The notes under the pieces are model-generated. The model ran no database searches, was not told where the DNA came from, and was given only the letters and a program-made list of their open reading frames with translations. This document shows positions 55,483 to 64,000 of a stretch of 64,000 nucleotides of DNA, piece by piece. Location of the stretch: NCBI RefSeq assembly GCF_056712565.1, contig NZ_CM160072.1; one strand, given 5' to 3'. A program made the position numbers and the translations under genes. The first letter of the stretch is position 1, and each line of letters begins with the position of its first letter.

Positions 55483-56823
55483 TCAATGACGGCCGAAAAC
55501 GGGACGTTTACGGTCAAAGGTCCAGCCGGGGATCAGGTACTGCATCGGGCCTGCGTCGTTACGCGCACCGCCAGGCAGACGTTTATAGGCCTCATGTGCC
55601 TTTTGTACCTGTTCCCAGTCCAGTTCCACGCCCAGACCGGGCGCATCAGGAACGGCAATTTTTCCGTTTTTAATCTCCAGCGGATTTTTGGTCAGACGAC
55701 AATCGCCCTCCTGCCAAATCCAGTGGGTATCGATAGCGGTAGGATTACCCGGTGCCGCCGCGCCCACATGGGTAAACATCGCCAGAGAGATATCAAAGTG
55801 GTTATTAGAATGGCAGCCCCAGGTCAGCCCCCAGTCGTCGCAAAGTTGCGCCACGCGGACTGCACCGGAAAGCGTCCAGAAGTGCGGATCGGCAAGTGGA
55901 ATATCTACCGCATTGAGCATCACCGCATGACCCATTTCGCGCCAGTTGGTGGCGATCATGTTGGTCGCGACGGGCAAGCCGGTCGCCCGTCGAAACTCCG
56001 CCATCACTTCACGACCGGAGAAACCCTGCTCAGCGCCGCACGGGTCTTCCGCATAGGTAAGGACATCATTCAGCCCTTTGCACAGAGAAATGGCTTCATC
56101 AAGCAGCCAGGCACCATTGGGATCAACGGTAATCCGCGCATCAGGGAAGCGTTTCTTCAATGCACGAACAGTGTCGATTTCTTGCTCGCCAGGTAACACG
56201 CCACCCTTAAGTTTGAAATCTTTAAAGCCATAGCGATCCTGTGAGGCTTCCGCCAGACGCACAACGGCTTCGCTGTTCATCGCTTTCTGATGCCGCAACT
56301 GATACCACTCATGGTTGCCCGGCGTATTTTCCAGATAAGGAAGATCGGTTTTGGTCCGATCACCGATATAAAACAGATAACCGAGAACGGTAATAGCATC
56401 ACGTTGCTTGCCTGGCCCTAACAGTTCGCAGACCGGAACATTCAGCGCCTGACCTAACAGGTCAAGCAAGGCGGCTTCCAGCGCCGCCACGGCATTAACG
56501 CGCAATTCAAAAGTCCAGGCACCTTTGCCGAAGGTATCAAAATCGGCTGCCTGATTACCTTTATGCACCTGCTGAACCACTTTATTCAGGCGCGCAACTT
56601 CCTGGCCCAGCACCATCGGAATAGCCTTGACCAGTGTTTGATAAATCACCTCTCCGCCCGGCGCTTCACCAATGCCGGTATGCCCGGCATTATCGGTGAG
56701 TACCACAATATTGCGGGTGAAATATGCGTTATGTGCACCACCAATATTAAGCAACATGCTGTCATGTCCGGCGACCGGAATGACTTTCATATCAGTAATA
56801 ACAGGACTGGATTGTGTCGTCAT
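55483..56823 (-). CDS. gudX: Glucarate-dehydratase-related protein
   Basis: 446-aa paralog of gudD ([31 protein letters not shown]...). Confidence 0.9.
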   Translation of the reverse strand: MTTQSSPVITDMKVIPVAGHDSMLLNIGGAHNAYFTRNIVVLTDNAGHTGIGEAPGGEVIYQTLVKAIPMVLGQEVARLNKVVQQVHKGNQAADFDTFGKGAWTFELRVNAVAALEAALLDLLGQALNVPVCELLGPGKQRDAITVLGYLFYIGDRTKTDLPYLENTPGNHEWYQLRHQKAMNSEAVVRLAEASQDRYGFKDFKLKGGVLPGEQEIDTVRALKKRFPDARITVDPNGAWLLDEAISLCKGLNDVLTYAEDPCGAEQGFSGREVMAEFRRATGLPVATNMIATNWREMGHAVMLNAVDIPLADPHFWTLSGAVRVAQLCDDWGLTWGCHSNNHFDISLAMFTHVGAAAPGNPTAIDTHWIWQEGDCRLTKNPLEIKNGKIAVPDAPGLGVELDWEQVQKAHEAYKRLPGGARNDAGPMQYLIPGWTFDRKRPVFGRH

Positions 56824-56824
56824 C

Positions 56825-58177
56825 TTATTGCCCCGCGACAGGTTTCAGCTCAATACGCTTGATATCGCCCACCAGCACCAGGTAGCTGAGTACCGCGATT
56901 AAGGCATGAACACCAACATAAATCAGCGCCCCATTAAAGGAGCCAGTCGTGCCAACGATATAACCAATTGCGATTGGCGTGACGATGCCAGAAATGTTAC
57001 CAAACATGTTAAACAGGCCACCGGAAAGACCGCTGATCTCTTTTGGCGCAGTATCAGCCATTACAGCCCAACCCAGCGCACCGATCCCCTTACCGAAGAA
57101 GGCCAGCGCCATAAAGCCGATGATCATCCACTCAACGTTGACGTAGTTGCAGAACACCATCACCATCGACAACAACATGCCCATCACGATCGGTGTTTTA
57201 CGCGCAATGTTCAGTGAACCCGTGCGACGCATCAGCCAGTCGGAAATAATCCCACCCAGCACACCGCCGATAAAACCGCAAACCGCCGGAACGGAAGCCA
57301 CAAAGCCCGCTTTCAGAATCGACATCCCGCGCGCCTGCACCAGATAAACCGGGAACCAGGTAATAAAAAAGTAAGTCAGGGCGTTGATACAGTACTGACC
57401 GATATAAACGCCGATCATCATCCGTGACCCGAGCAGCTGTTTGATCTGCCCCCACTTCACGCTAAACGGCACTTTAACTTTGGTGTTTTGCTGATCCATA
57501 TTGATCAGCGCGCCACCCGCGGCGATGTACTCCAGCTCTTTCTGATTTACGCCCGGATGTTGATTTGGCTCGTGGATGACTTTCAACCAGATAAAGCTGA
57601 TGACAATGCCCAGACCGCCCATAAAGAAAAAGACGTGTGACCAGCCCACTTCATGCGTCAGCCAGCCCATAATCGGCGCGAAGATAACCGTTGCGAAGTA
57701 TTGAGCGGAGTTAAAAATCGACACCGCCGTTCCCCTTTCCTGCGCCGGAAACCAGGCCGCAACAATGCGACTGTTGCCGGGGAAAGAGGGCGCTTCAGCA
57801 AGCCCGACCAGGAAGCGCAGCGTAAACAGGGCAACGATAATGCCGAATCCACTAAAGATATCGACGAAGCCTTGCAGCAAGGTAAACATCGACCAGATAA
57901 AGATCGACCAGAAGTAGACGCGTTTTGAACCAAAACGATCCAGCAACCAGCCACCAGGGATCTGCCCGATAACATACGCCCATGAGAAGGCAGAGAACAC
58001 ATAGCCCATTCCCACGGGATCAAGGCCGATATCTTTGGCCATTTCCGAACCGGCAATAGAAAGCGTAGCGCGGTCGCCGTAGTTGAAGGATGTGACGATA
58101 AACAACATCACCACTATCCAGTAACGAGCATTCGTGCGTTTTTCCACACTGCTCGCAGCCTGACTTAAAGAACTCAT
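56825..58177 (-). CDS. gudP: Glucarate/galactarate MFS transporter
   Basis: 450-aa 12-[48 protein letters not shown]... Confidence 0.9.
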   Translation of the reverse strand: MSSLSQAASSVEKRTNARYWIVVMLFIVTSFNYGDRATLSIAGSEMAKDIGLDPVGMGYVFSAFSWAYVIGQIPGGWLLDRFGSKRVYFWSIFIWSMFTLLQGFVDIFSGFGIIVALFTLRFLVGLAEAPSFPGNSRIVAAWFPAQERGTAVSIFNSAQYFATVIFAPIMGWLTHEVGWSHVFFFMGGLGIVISFIWLKVIHEPNQHPGVNQKELEYIAAGGALINMDQQNTKVKVPFSVKWGQIKQLLGSRMMIGVYIGQYCINALTYFFITWFPVYLVQARGMSILKAGFVASVPAVCGFIGGVLGGIISDWLMRRTGSLNIARKTPIVMGMLLSMVMVFCNYVNVEWMIIGFMALAFFGKGIGALGWAVMADTAPKEISGLSGGLFNMFGNISGIVTPIAIGYIVGTTGSFNGALIYVGVHALIAVLSYLVLVGDIKRIELKPVAGQ

Positions 58178-58501
58178 TGTTGCACTCCTGAAAATTCGCG
58201 TTAGCCACGCTCACTCTGGACTGCGACATCGCCAGGAAATCAGAGGTGACGTAGGGTGTTTTTGCCGTTTTTATAGGTCGTTCACCGAATACGGCGCGTG
58301 TTTATATCTGGCAATAGCAGTATAAAAAGCGCGCCATAGCGGCTCACCGTGCAACAACACAACATTAATGCGTTCAATGAGGCCCGATTTTGGCATTAGC
58401 CCTGGACGGTGGAATCCACTTCACGGAAATGAAAACAAGAACAAGAAAGGAAGGGTTAAAACGAAGAAATAAAGAAGAGTATGAAATGGATCGCTTGACT
58501 C

Positions 58502-58558
58502 CAGGCAAACGCCAGTAAAAATCCGCGCTATGAAGCAGTTTTTACTGGCATTTGCCTG
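58502..58558. other. Long near-perfect inverted repeat (about 20-bp arms, 17-nt loop) in the yqcA–gudP intergenic region
   Basis: caggcaaacgccagtaaaaa ...17 nt... tttttactggcatttgcctg, one mismatch in the arms, no adjacent U-tract on either strand. Coordinates approximate (±2). Confidence 0.5.
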
Positions 58559-58610
58559 AAAAGATTCGATTCAGCACCGCTAAAACGGCATTTACCGCTC
58601 GCTGAACATA

Positions 58611-59060
58611 TCAGGACAACATCGTGCCCCAATGTTCAACCCACGGATTTGATTCCGTTTCCGGTTCCGGGTTCTCACTGGCGTCAATCAACAGCATTTC
58701 GCCAACCCGCTGAGCGCTCTGTTCCTGCAACAAGGCATCGAACTGTTTGCCGCCATTGCAGAAATTCACATAACTACTGTCGCCGAGCGCAATCACGCCA
58801 TAACGCAGATTCGGCTGGAAGCCCAGACTATCTTTGATTCCCTGAAAGAGTGGCACAATGCTATCAGGAAGGTCGCCCTGCCCGGTCGTGGACGTAACCA
58901 CCAGAACATACTTATCCTGATAGGGCAGCCAGTCGCTTAATTCAGGATCTTCAAATACCGTTGCTTTGTGGCCCTGCGCGGTCAGAATCGCTTCCGCTTC
59001 TTCGGCCACTAACAGTGAATTCCCGTACATGGTGCCGACAAAAATACCAATTTCCGCCAT
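58611..59060 (-). CDS. yqcA: Flavodoxin-like protein YqcA
   Basis: 149-aa [34 protein letters not shown]... with flavodoxin FMN-binding signature. Confidence 0.85.
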   Translation of the reverse strand: MAEIGIFVGTMYGNSLLVAEEAEAILTAQGHKATVFEDPELSDWLPYQDKYVLVVTSTTGQGDLPDSIVPLFQGIKDSLGFQPNLRYGVIALGDSSYVNFCNGGKQFDALLQEQSAQRVGEMLLIDASENPEPETESNPWVEHWGTMLS

Positions 59061-59077
59061 ACCGTTTTCTCCCTGGA

Positions 59078-59860
59078 TTAGGAACTTATCTCTCCATCCT
59101 GACCCGATGGCGCACTGAACTCAACCCTTTCATTTTCAGGAAGCAGACCCCGCCAGCCAAATTGTGATAACGCCTGCATCCAGGTGTCGTCCAGGCCCGC
59201 GTGAATAGTCAGCGGCTCGCCAGTAAAAGGATGCGTCAATGACAACTGACTAGCATGCAGCATTAACCGCTGAAGGCCAAAATGTTCAGCACCGCTGCGA
59301 TTCTGGCGTAAATCACCATGTTTGCTGTCGCCAATAATCGGGTGGCGCAAATGGGCAAGATGGCGACGGAGCTGGTGCTTACGTCCGGTTTTCGGCTCCA
59401 GTTCTACCAGGCCGTAGCGCGTGGTCGGGTAACGTCCGGTCGCTACCGGCATTTCTACGGTCGCCAGACCGCGATAATGCGTCACTGCTGGCTGCGGGCC
59501 TTTATCTTCGCGGGCAAATTTATCAGCGATTTTGTCCAGTTCTTCCACCAGTGGATAATCCAGCACCGCTTCTTCCATCAACCAGCCGCGCACAATCGCA
59601 TGGTAACGTTTCTGGATTTGGTGCTGTTCAAACTGTTGTGCCAGCAGCCGTCCGGCCTCGCTGGATAATCCCATCAACAACACACCAGAAGTGGGTCGGT
59701 CCAGACGATGAGCAGTAAACACATGCTGGCCTATCAGGTCACGCACGGTTTGCATGACCACTACTTTCTCGTCGCGATCCAGCCAGCTGCGGTGAACCAG
59801 CCAGCCGGAGGGTTTATTTACCGCAACCAGCCATTCATCCTGATAGAGTATTTCCAGCAT
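59078..59860 (-). CDS. truC: tRNA pseudouridine(65) synthase TruC
   Basis: 260-aa ORF with RluA-family catalytic motif ([12 protein letters not shown]). Confidence 0.9.
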   Translation of the reverse strand: MLEILYQDEWLVAVNKPSGWLVHRSWLDRDEKVVVMQTVRDLIGQHVFTAHRLDRPTSGVLLMGLSSEAGRLLAQQFEQHQIQKRYHAIVRGWLMEEAVLDYPLVEELDKIADKFAREDKGPQPAVTHYRGLATVEMPVATGRYPTTRYGLVELEPKTGRKHQLRRHLAHLRHPIIGDSKHGDLRQNRSGAEHFGLQRLMLHASQLSLTHPFTGEPLTIHAGLDDTWMQALSQFGWRGLLPENERVEFSAPSGQDGEISS

Positions 59861-60189
59861 TAGCTCGCATCATCCGCAAAAAGAGCATCCAGTTTTTCCA
59901 GCTCAGCCAGAATAAGCGCGCGTTGCGGATGATCAGTCGCCAGCGCCATTTCATAATAGGGCGCAACAGCAAAAGCGCCCGGTAACGGCTGGTTGTTATC
60001 TAACAAATCGTGCATCCGCGGAATCAGTACCCATTGCAACCACTCCAGTGGTTCCATGGTGTCCATAAAGAACGGCTGGGTACTCGCAAATTGATGCGGC
60101 AGGGGTTCATCGTTTCGCCAGTGCTGATGTTCACGCAGTAACGCTTCAAGCGCCTGCAACTGGAGACGAACGCGGTCATGAGTGGTCAT
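59860..60189 (-). CDS. yqcC: DUF446-family protein YqcC
   Basis: 109-aa ORF; position downstream of truC as in E. coli. Confidence 0.8.
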   Translation of the reverse strand: MTTHDRVRLQLQALEALLREHQHWRNDEPLPHQFASTQPFFMDTMEPLEWLQWVLIPRMHDLLDNNQPLPGAFAVAPYYEMALATDHPQRALILAELEKLDALFADDAS

Positions 60190-60231
60190 AAAGCAACCTC
60201 AATAAGAAAAACTGCCGCGAAGAATAGCAGG

Positions 60232-60600
60232 AATAAAAAAAGGGAGCACTGTATTCACAGTGCTCCCGGTTCGTTTCGCAGCATTCCGGCTACTTTTGTT
60301 GCTCCCTGCTCATCCTTGACAACTTTTCCTCTGGCCTTGCGGCCAATCGTTCATCCTGAACTATTGCTTCCTGCTCACACCACCCCGATGTGATACTTCA
60401 TCCTGAAGTGTTCCTGGCCTTCCTGACCCACCGAATCATCCTGACCGGTTCTCATTCTCCATCCTGGAGGTGTCCTTTAACGCGTCCTGCGTCATCCTCT
60501 TCGCTTCATCCAGAAGCCTTTCCCTGAAACACCATCCTGGTGTGTCCTTCAGAAGTGTCATCATCCTGATGTTCACTTCGTTGTCTGACTCCCTGTCGAC
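60232..60600 (-). ncRNA. csrB: CsrB small RNA (CsrA-sequestering)
   Basis: 369-nt span on the minus strand carrying about 20 CAGGA(U/A)G / AGGA motifs (seen as catcctg repeats on the + strand), 5' end GTCGACAGGGAGTCAGAC, and a 3' terminator hairpin (gggagcactgtattcacagtgctccc) followed by a U-tract. The length equals that of K-12 csrB. Confidence 0.88.
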
Positions 60601-60810
60601 GAAGATAGAATCGTCTTTTTCTCGAAGTCTTACAAGGCGCTTACAGACAATGCCTTAAGGATAATTTCATATGAAAGTTAAGAATTAACAAGCAACATTT
60701 TGTTTTTAAATGAAAATAACGATTCTTATCTTTTTAAGTATTCGCTTATTTCCTGGCGATCTCCTACAGAGTCTGTAAGAGATCTCTCACAACCAGATGG
60801 GGTATTTGGA

Positions 60811-61356
60811 TTACAGAAGAGGCTTAAGTTGATTAAGGAATTCCGCAAGATTTGAGGCTAAATGCGTCCGTTTACGTGTTCCCAGCGTCTCTTTGCACAC
60901 TTCACCGGAGAGATTACACACCGAGATGACCTCTAACTCTTCTTCCAGCGTCGCGATAAATAGCGTGGGCGGCAGTTTTAGCCTTTTCTGAGTCACCAGA
61001 TGACCAATCAGATTTTCCTGCACCCGACGGAAGTCGTCTTCACTCCAGGTTTGCAGCAATGTCAGTTTGATATCGCCAAACTGCGCGTGCATATCCCCGG
61101 CAAACTGAGTCGTATAAAAGGTATGAATCGTGGGTTGTATCACAATATCAAAAGCGCGTTCAACCGCGTTTACATTTTGTTCCCCGGTAAACGGCTGGGG
61201 TTGCCAGTATACGGCATCTTCGGTAGTTGAAATAATGCACGGTGAAGGAACGCCGTACAGTTCCTCACTTAACGGCCAGCTTTTATGCTCTTCATGCCAC
61301 GCATCGCAGTAGCGTGCAGTAAAATCTTTCAGGGCTTGTGCGGTCAAATCGTCCAC
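60811..61356 (-). CDS. syd: SecY-interacting protein Syd
   Basis: 181-aa [45 protein letters not shown]... Confidence 0.85.
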
Positions 61357-61423
61357 TAATTTCTCTCTTCACTTAAACCAGATACACTTGTCGTTTAGTT
61401 TATCTGGTTTATGACGGTGAAAC

Positions 61424-62272
61424 ATGTCTTCTTATGCAAACCATCAGGCACTTGCGGGCCTGACACTTGGAAAATCAACCGATTACCGGGATACCTATGA
61501 CGCCAGCCTACTGCAAGGCGTTCCACGCAGCCTGAATCGCGACCCGCTGGGTCTGAAAGCGGATAACCTGCCTTTTCACGGTACGGATATCTGGACGCTG
61601 TATGAACTTTCCTGGCTGAATGCGAAAGGTTTGCCGCAGGTCGCTGTCGGTCATGTTGAACTTGATTACACCAGCGTAAATCTGATTGAGTCGAAGAGTT
61701 TTAAGCTCTATCTCAACAGTTTTAACCAGACGCGTTTTAATAACTGGGATGAGGTGCGCCAGACGCTGGAGCGCGACTTAAGCACTTGCGCCCAGGGTAA
61801 GGTTAGCGTGGCGTTATATCGTCTTGATGAACTGGAAGGCCAGCCGATAGGTCATTTCAATGGCACCTGCATTGATGACCAGGATATCACTATCGATAAC
61901 TATGAATTCACTACTGACTATCTGGAGAATGCCACCAGCGGTGAAAAAGTAGTGGAAGAGACGCTTGTCAGCCACCTGCTGAAATCAAATTGCCTGATCA
62001 CCCATCAACCAGATTGGGGATCGATCCAAATTCAGTATCGTGGACGCCAAATTGACAGAGAAAAACTGCTGCGTTACCTGGTTTCTTTCCGTCATCACAA
62101 CGAGTTCCACGAACAGTGCGTGGAACGCATCTTTAATGACCTGTTACGCTTCTGCCAGCCAGAGAAATTGAGCGTTTACGCACGTTATACCCGTCGTGGC
62201 GGTCTGGACATTAACCCGTGGCGCAGTAATAGCGATTTTGTCCCATCGACCACAAGACTGGTTCGGCAATAA
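61424..62272 (+). CDS. queF: NADPH-dependent 7-cyano-7-deazaguanine reductase
   Basis: 282-aa ORF with QueF motifs (E(S/L)K(S/A)hK(L/Y)(Y/F/W) as [12 protein letters not shown]). Confidence 0.9.
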   Translation: MSSYANHQALAGLTLGKSTDYRDTYDASLLQGVPRSLNRDPLGLKADNLPFHGTDIWTLYELSWLNAKGLPQVAVGHVELDYTSVNLIESKSFKLYLNSFNQTRFNNWDEVRQTLERDLSTCAQGKVSVALYRLDELEGQPIGHFNGTCIDDQDITIDNYEFTTDYLENATSGEKVVEETLVSHLLKSNCLITHQPDWGSIQIQYRGRQIDREKLLRYLVSFRHHNEFHEQCVERIFNDLLRFCQPEKLSVYARYTRRGGLDINPWRSNSDFVPSTTRLVRQ

Positions 62273-62383
62273 ATTTTTTCTCAATTTTGCGTGCTGGATT
62301 CACGCAGAAGGTTGTGAAAGGTCAGCAGGCAGGGCTATTGTAATCAAAGGGAATGACGATATTCGTCCCATAAGGAGTTTTTC

Positions 62384-63748
62384 TTGATTACACATATTAG
62401 CCCGCTTGGCTCCATGGATATGTTGTCGCAGCTGGAAGTGGATATGCTTAAACGCACCGCCAGCAGCGACCTCTATCAACTGTTTCGCAACTGTTCACTT
62501 GCCGTACTGAACTCCGGTAGTTTGACCGATAACAGCAAAGAATTGCTGTCTCGTTTTGAAAATTTCGATATTAACGTCCTGCGCCGTGAACGCGGCGTAA
62601 AGCTGGAACTGATAAATCCCCCGGAAGAGGCTTTTGTCGATGGGCGAATTATTCGCGCTTTGCAGGCCAACTTGTTCGCGGTTCTGCGTGACATTCTCTT
62701 CGTTTATGGGCAAATTCATAACACCGTTCGTTTTCCCAACCTGAATCTCGACAACTCCGTCCACATCACTAACCTGGTCTTTTCCATCTTGCGTAACGCT
62801 CGCGCGCTGCATGTCGGTGAAGCGCCAAATATGGTGGTCTGCTGGGGCGGTCACTCAATTAACGAAAACGAGTATTTGTATGCCCGTCGCGTCGGGAATC
62901 AGCTGGGCCTGCGTGAGCTGAATATCTGCACCGGCTGTGGTCCGGGAGCGATGGAAGCGCCGATGAAAGGTGCTGCGGTCGGACACGCGCAGCAGCGTTA
63001 CAAAGACAGTCGCTTTATTGGTATGACAGAGCCGTCGATTATCGCCGCTGAACCGCCTAACCCGCTGGTCAACGAATTGATCATCATGCCAGATATCGAA
63101 AAACGTCTGGAAGCGTTTGTCCGTATCGCTCACGGTATCATTATCTTCCCTGGCGGTGTGGGTACAGCAGAAGAGTTGCTGTATTTGCTGGGAATTTTAA
63201 TGAACCCGGCCAACAAAGATCAGGTTTTACCATTGATCCTCACCGGCCCGAAAGAGAGCGCCGACTACTTCCGCGTACTGGACGAGTTTGTCGTGCATAC
63301 GCTGGGTGAAAACGCGCGCCGCCATTACCGCATCATCATTGATGACGCCGCTGAAGTCGCTCGTCAGATGAAAAAATCGATGCCGCTGGTGAAAGAAAAT
63401 CGCCGCGACACTGGTGACGCTTACAGCTTTAACTGGTCAATGCGCATTGCGCCAGATTTGCAAATGCCGTTTGAGCCGTCTCACGAGAATATGGCTAATC
63501 TGAAGCTTTACCCGGATCAACCCGTTGAAGTGCTGGCTGCCGACCTGCGCCGTGCGTTCTCCGGTATTGTGGCGGGTAATGTAAAAGAAGTCGGTATTCG
63601 CGCCATTGAAGAGTTTGGTCCTTACAAAATCAACGGCGATAAAGAGATTATGCGTCGTATGGACGACCTGCTACAGGGTTTTGTTGCCCAGCATCGTATG
63701 AAGTTGCCAGGCTCAGCCTACATCCCTTGCTACGAAATCTGCACATAA
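62384..63748 (+). CDS. ppnN: Pyrimidine/purine nucleotide 5'-monophosphate nucleosidase (LOG-family)
   Basis: 454-aa ORF with LOG-family PGGxGTxxE motif ([11 protein letters not shown]). Confidence 0.88.
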
Positions 63749-64000
63749 TCTCCCCTCCCCCGGTGACGTTTGTTGCCGGGTTTTCTCGTTTTTGGTCACT
63801 TACTCATCAACTCATTTCATTTGTTATATGAATGTTTCTTACCACCCTCACGCGACAAATATCACCACAGTTAATATGTCATACAATTTATGTTGGAACG
63901 CAAACGTTTCCCTATTTTCATAAACCACATTTTATCGCCATGAAAAAGAAATTATCGCCATGATTAACTAAAAGTATTGATTTTTTCAGTTCAACCTACA

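Noticed and set aside
58440-58520. Tiny ORF atgaaatggatcgcttga (MKWIA) upstream of the long inverted repeat as a leader peptide
   Set aside because: Five codons with no SD and no obvious attenuator logic; probably chance.

Overview
The window reads as a contiguous Escherichia coli chromosomal segment equivalent to the K-12 mutS–rpoS–cys–ygc–eno–relA–barA–gud–csrB–ppnN region, but it is not K-12. Gene identities come from the translated ORFs, which match well-known E. coli proteins; coordinates were anchored to the supplied ORF track. Core content: mutS 3' end, pphB, the ygbIJKLMN acid-sugar cluster, rpoS-nlpD-pcm-surE-truD-ispFD-ftsB, cysCND, iap, cysHIJ, queD, the ygcNOPQRSUW/yqcE/ygcE island, queE, eno, pyrG, mazGFE, relA, rlmD, barA, gudDXP, yqcA-truC-yqcC, csrB, syd, queF and ppnN. 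Five places differ from my recollection of the K-12 layout (no database was consulted). (1) The iap–cysH gap is only about 540 bp, with no type I-E cas operon or array, and holds an intact Hok-family toxin ORF that the six-frame track missed. (2) Between ygcE and queE there is a minimal orphan CRISPR array, two type I-E repeats and one 32-nt spacer, with an AT-rich leader. (3) Between queE and eno, lemA is followed by three tandem TPM-domain paralogs that share a Gly/Ser-rich C-terminal tail ending in GRW. (4) An AT-rich two-gene insertion (secreted MBL-fold protein, WrbA-like flavodoxin) lies between ygbN and rpoS. (5) ygbN is split by a frameshift. The candidate I would rank highest as a previously undescribed system is the lemA–TPM×3 membrane operon; the other leading leads are the hok-for-cas replacement, the orphan CRISPR array, and a pair of intrinsic-terminator-like hairpins just upstream of the divergent ygcW and yqcE start codons, next to the GlpP-like antiterminator gene ygcP.
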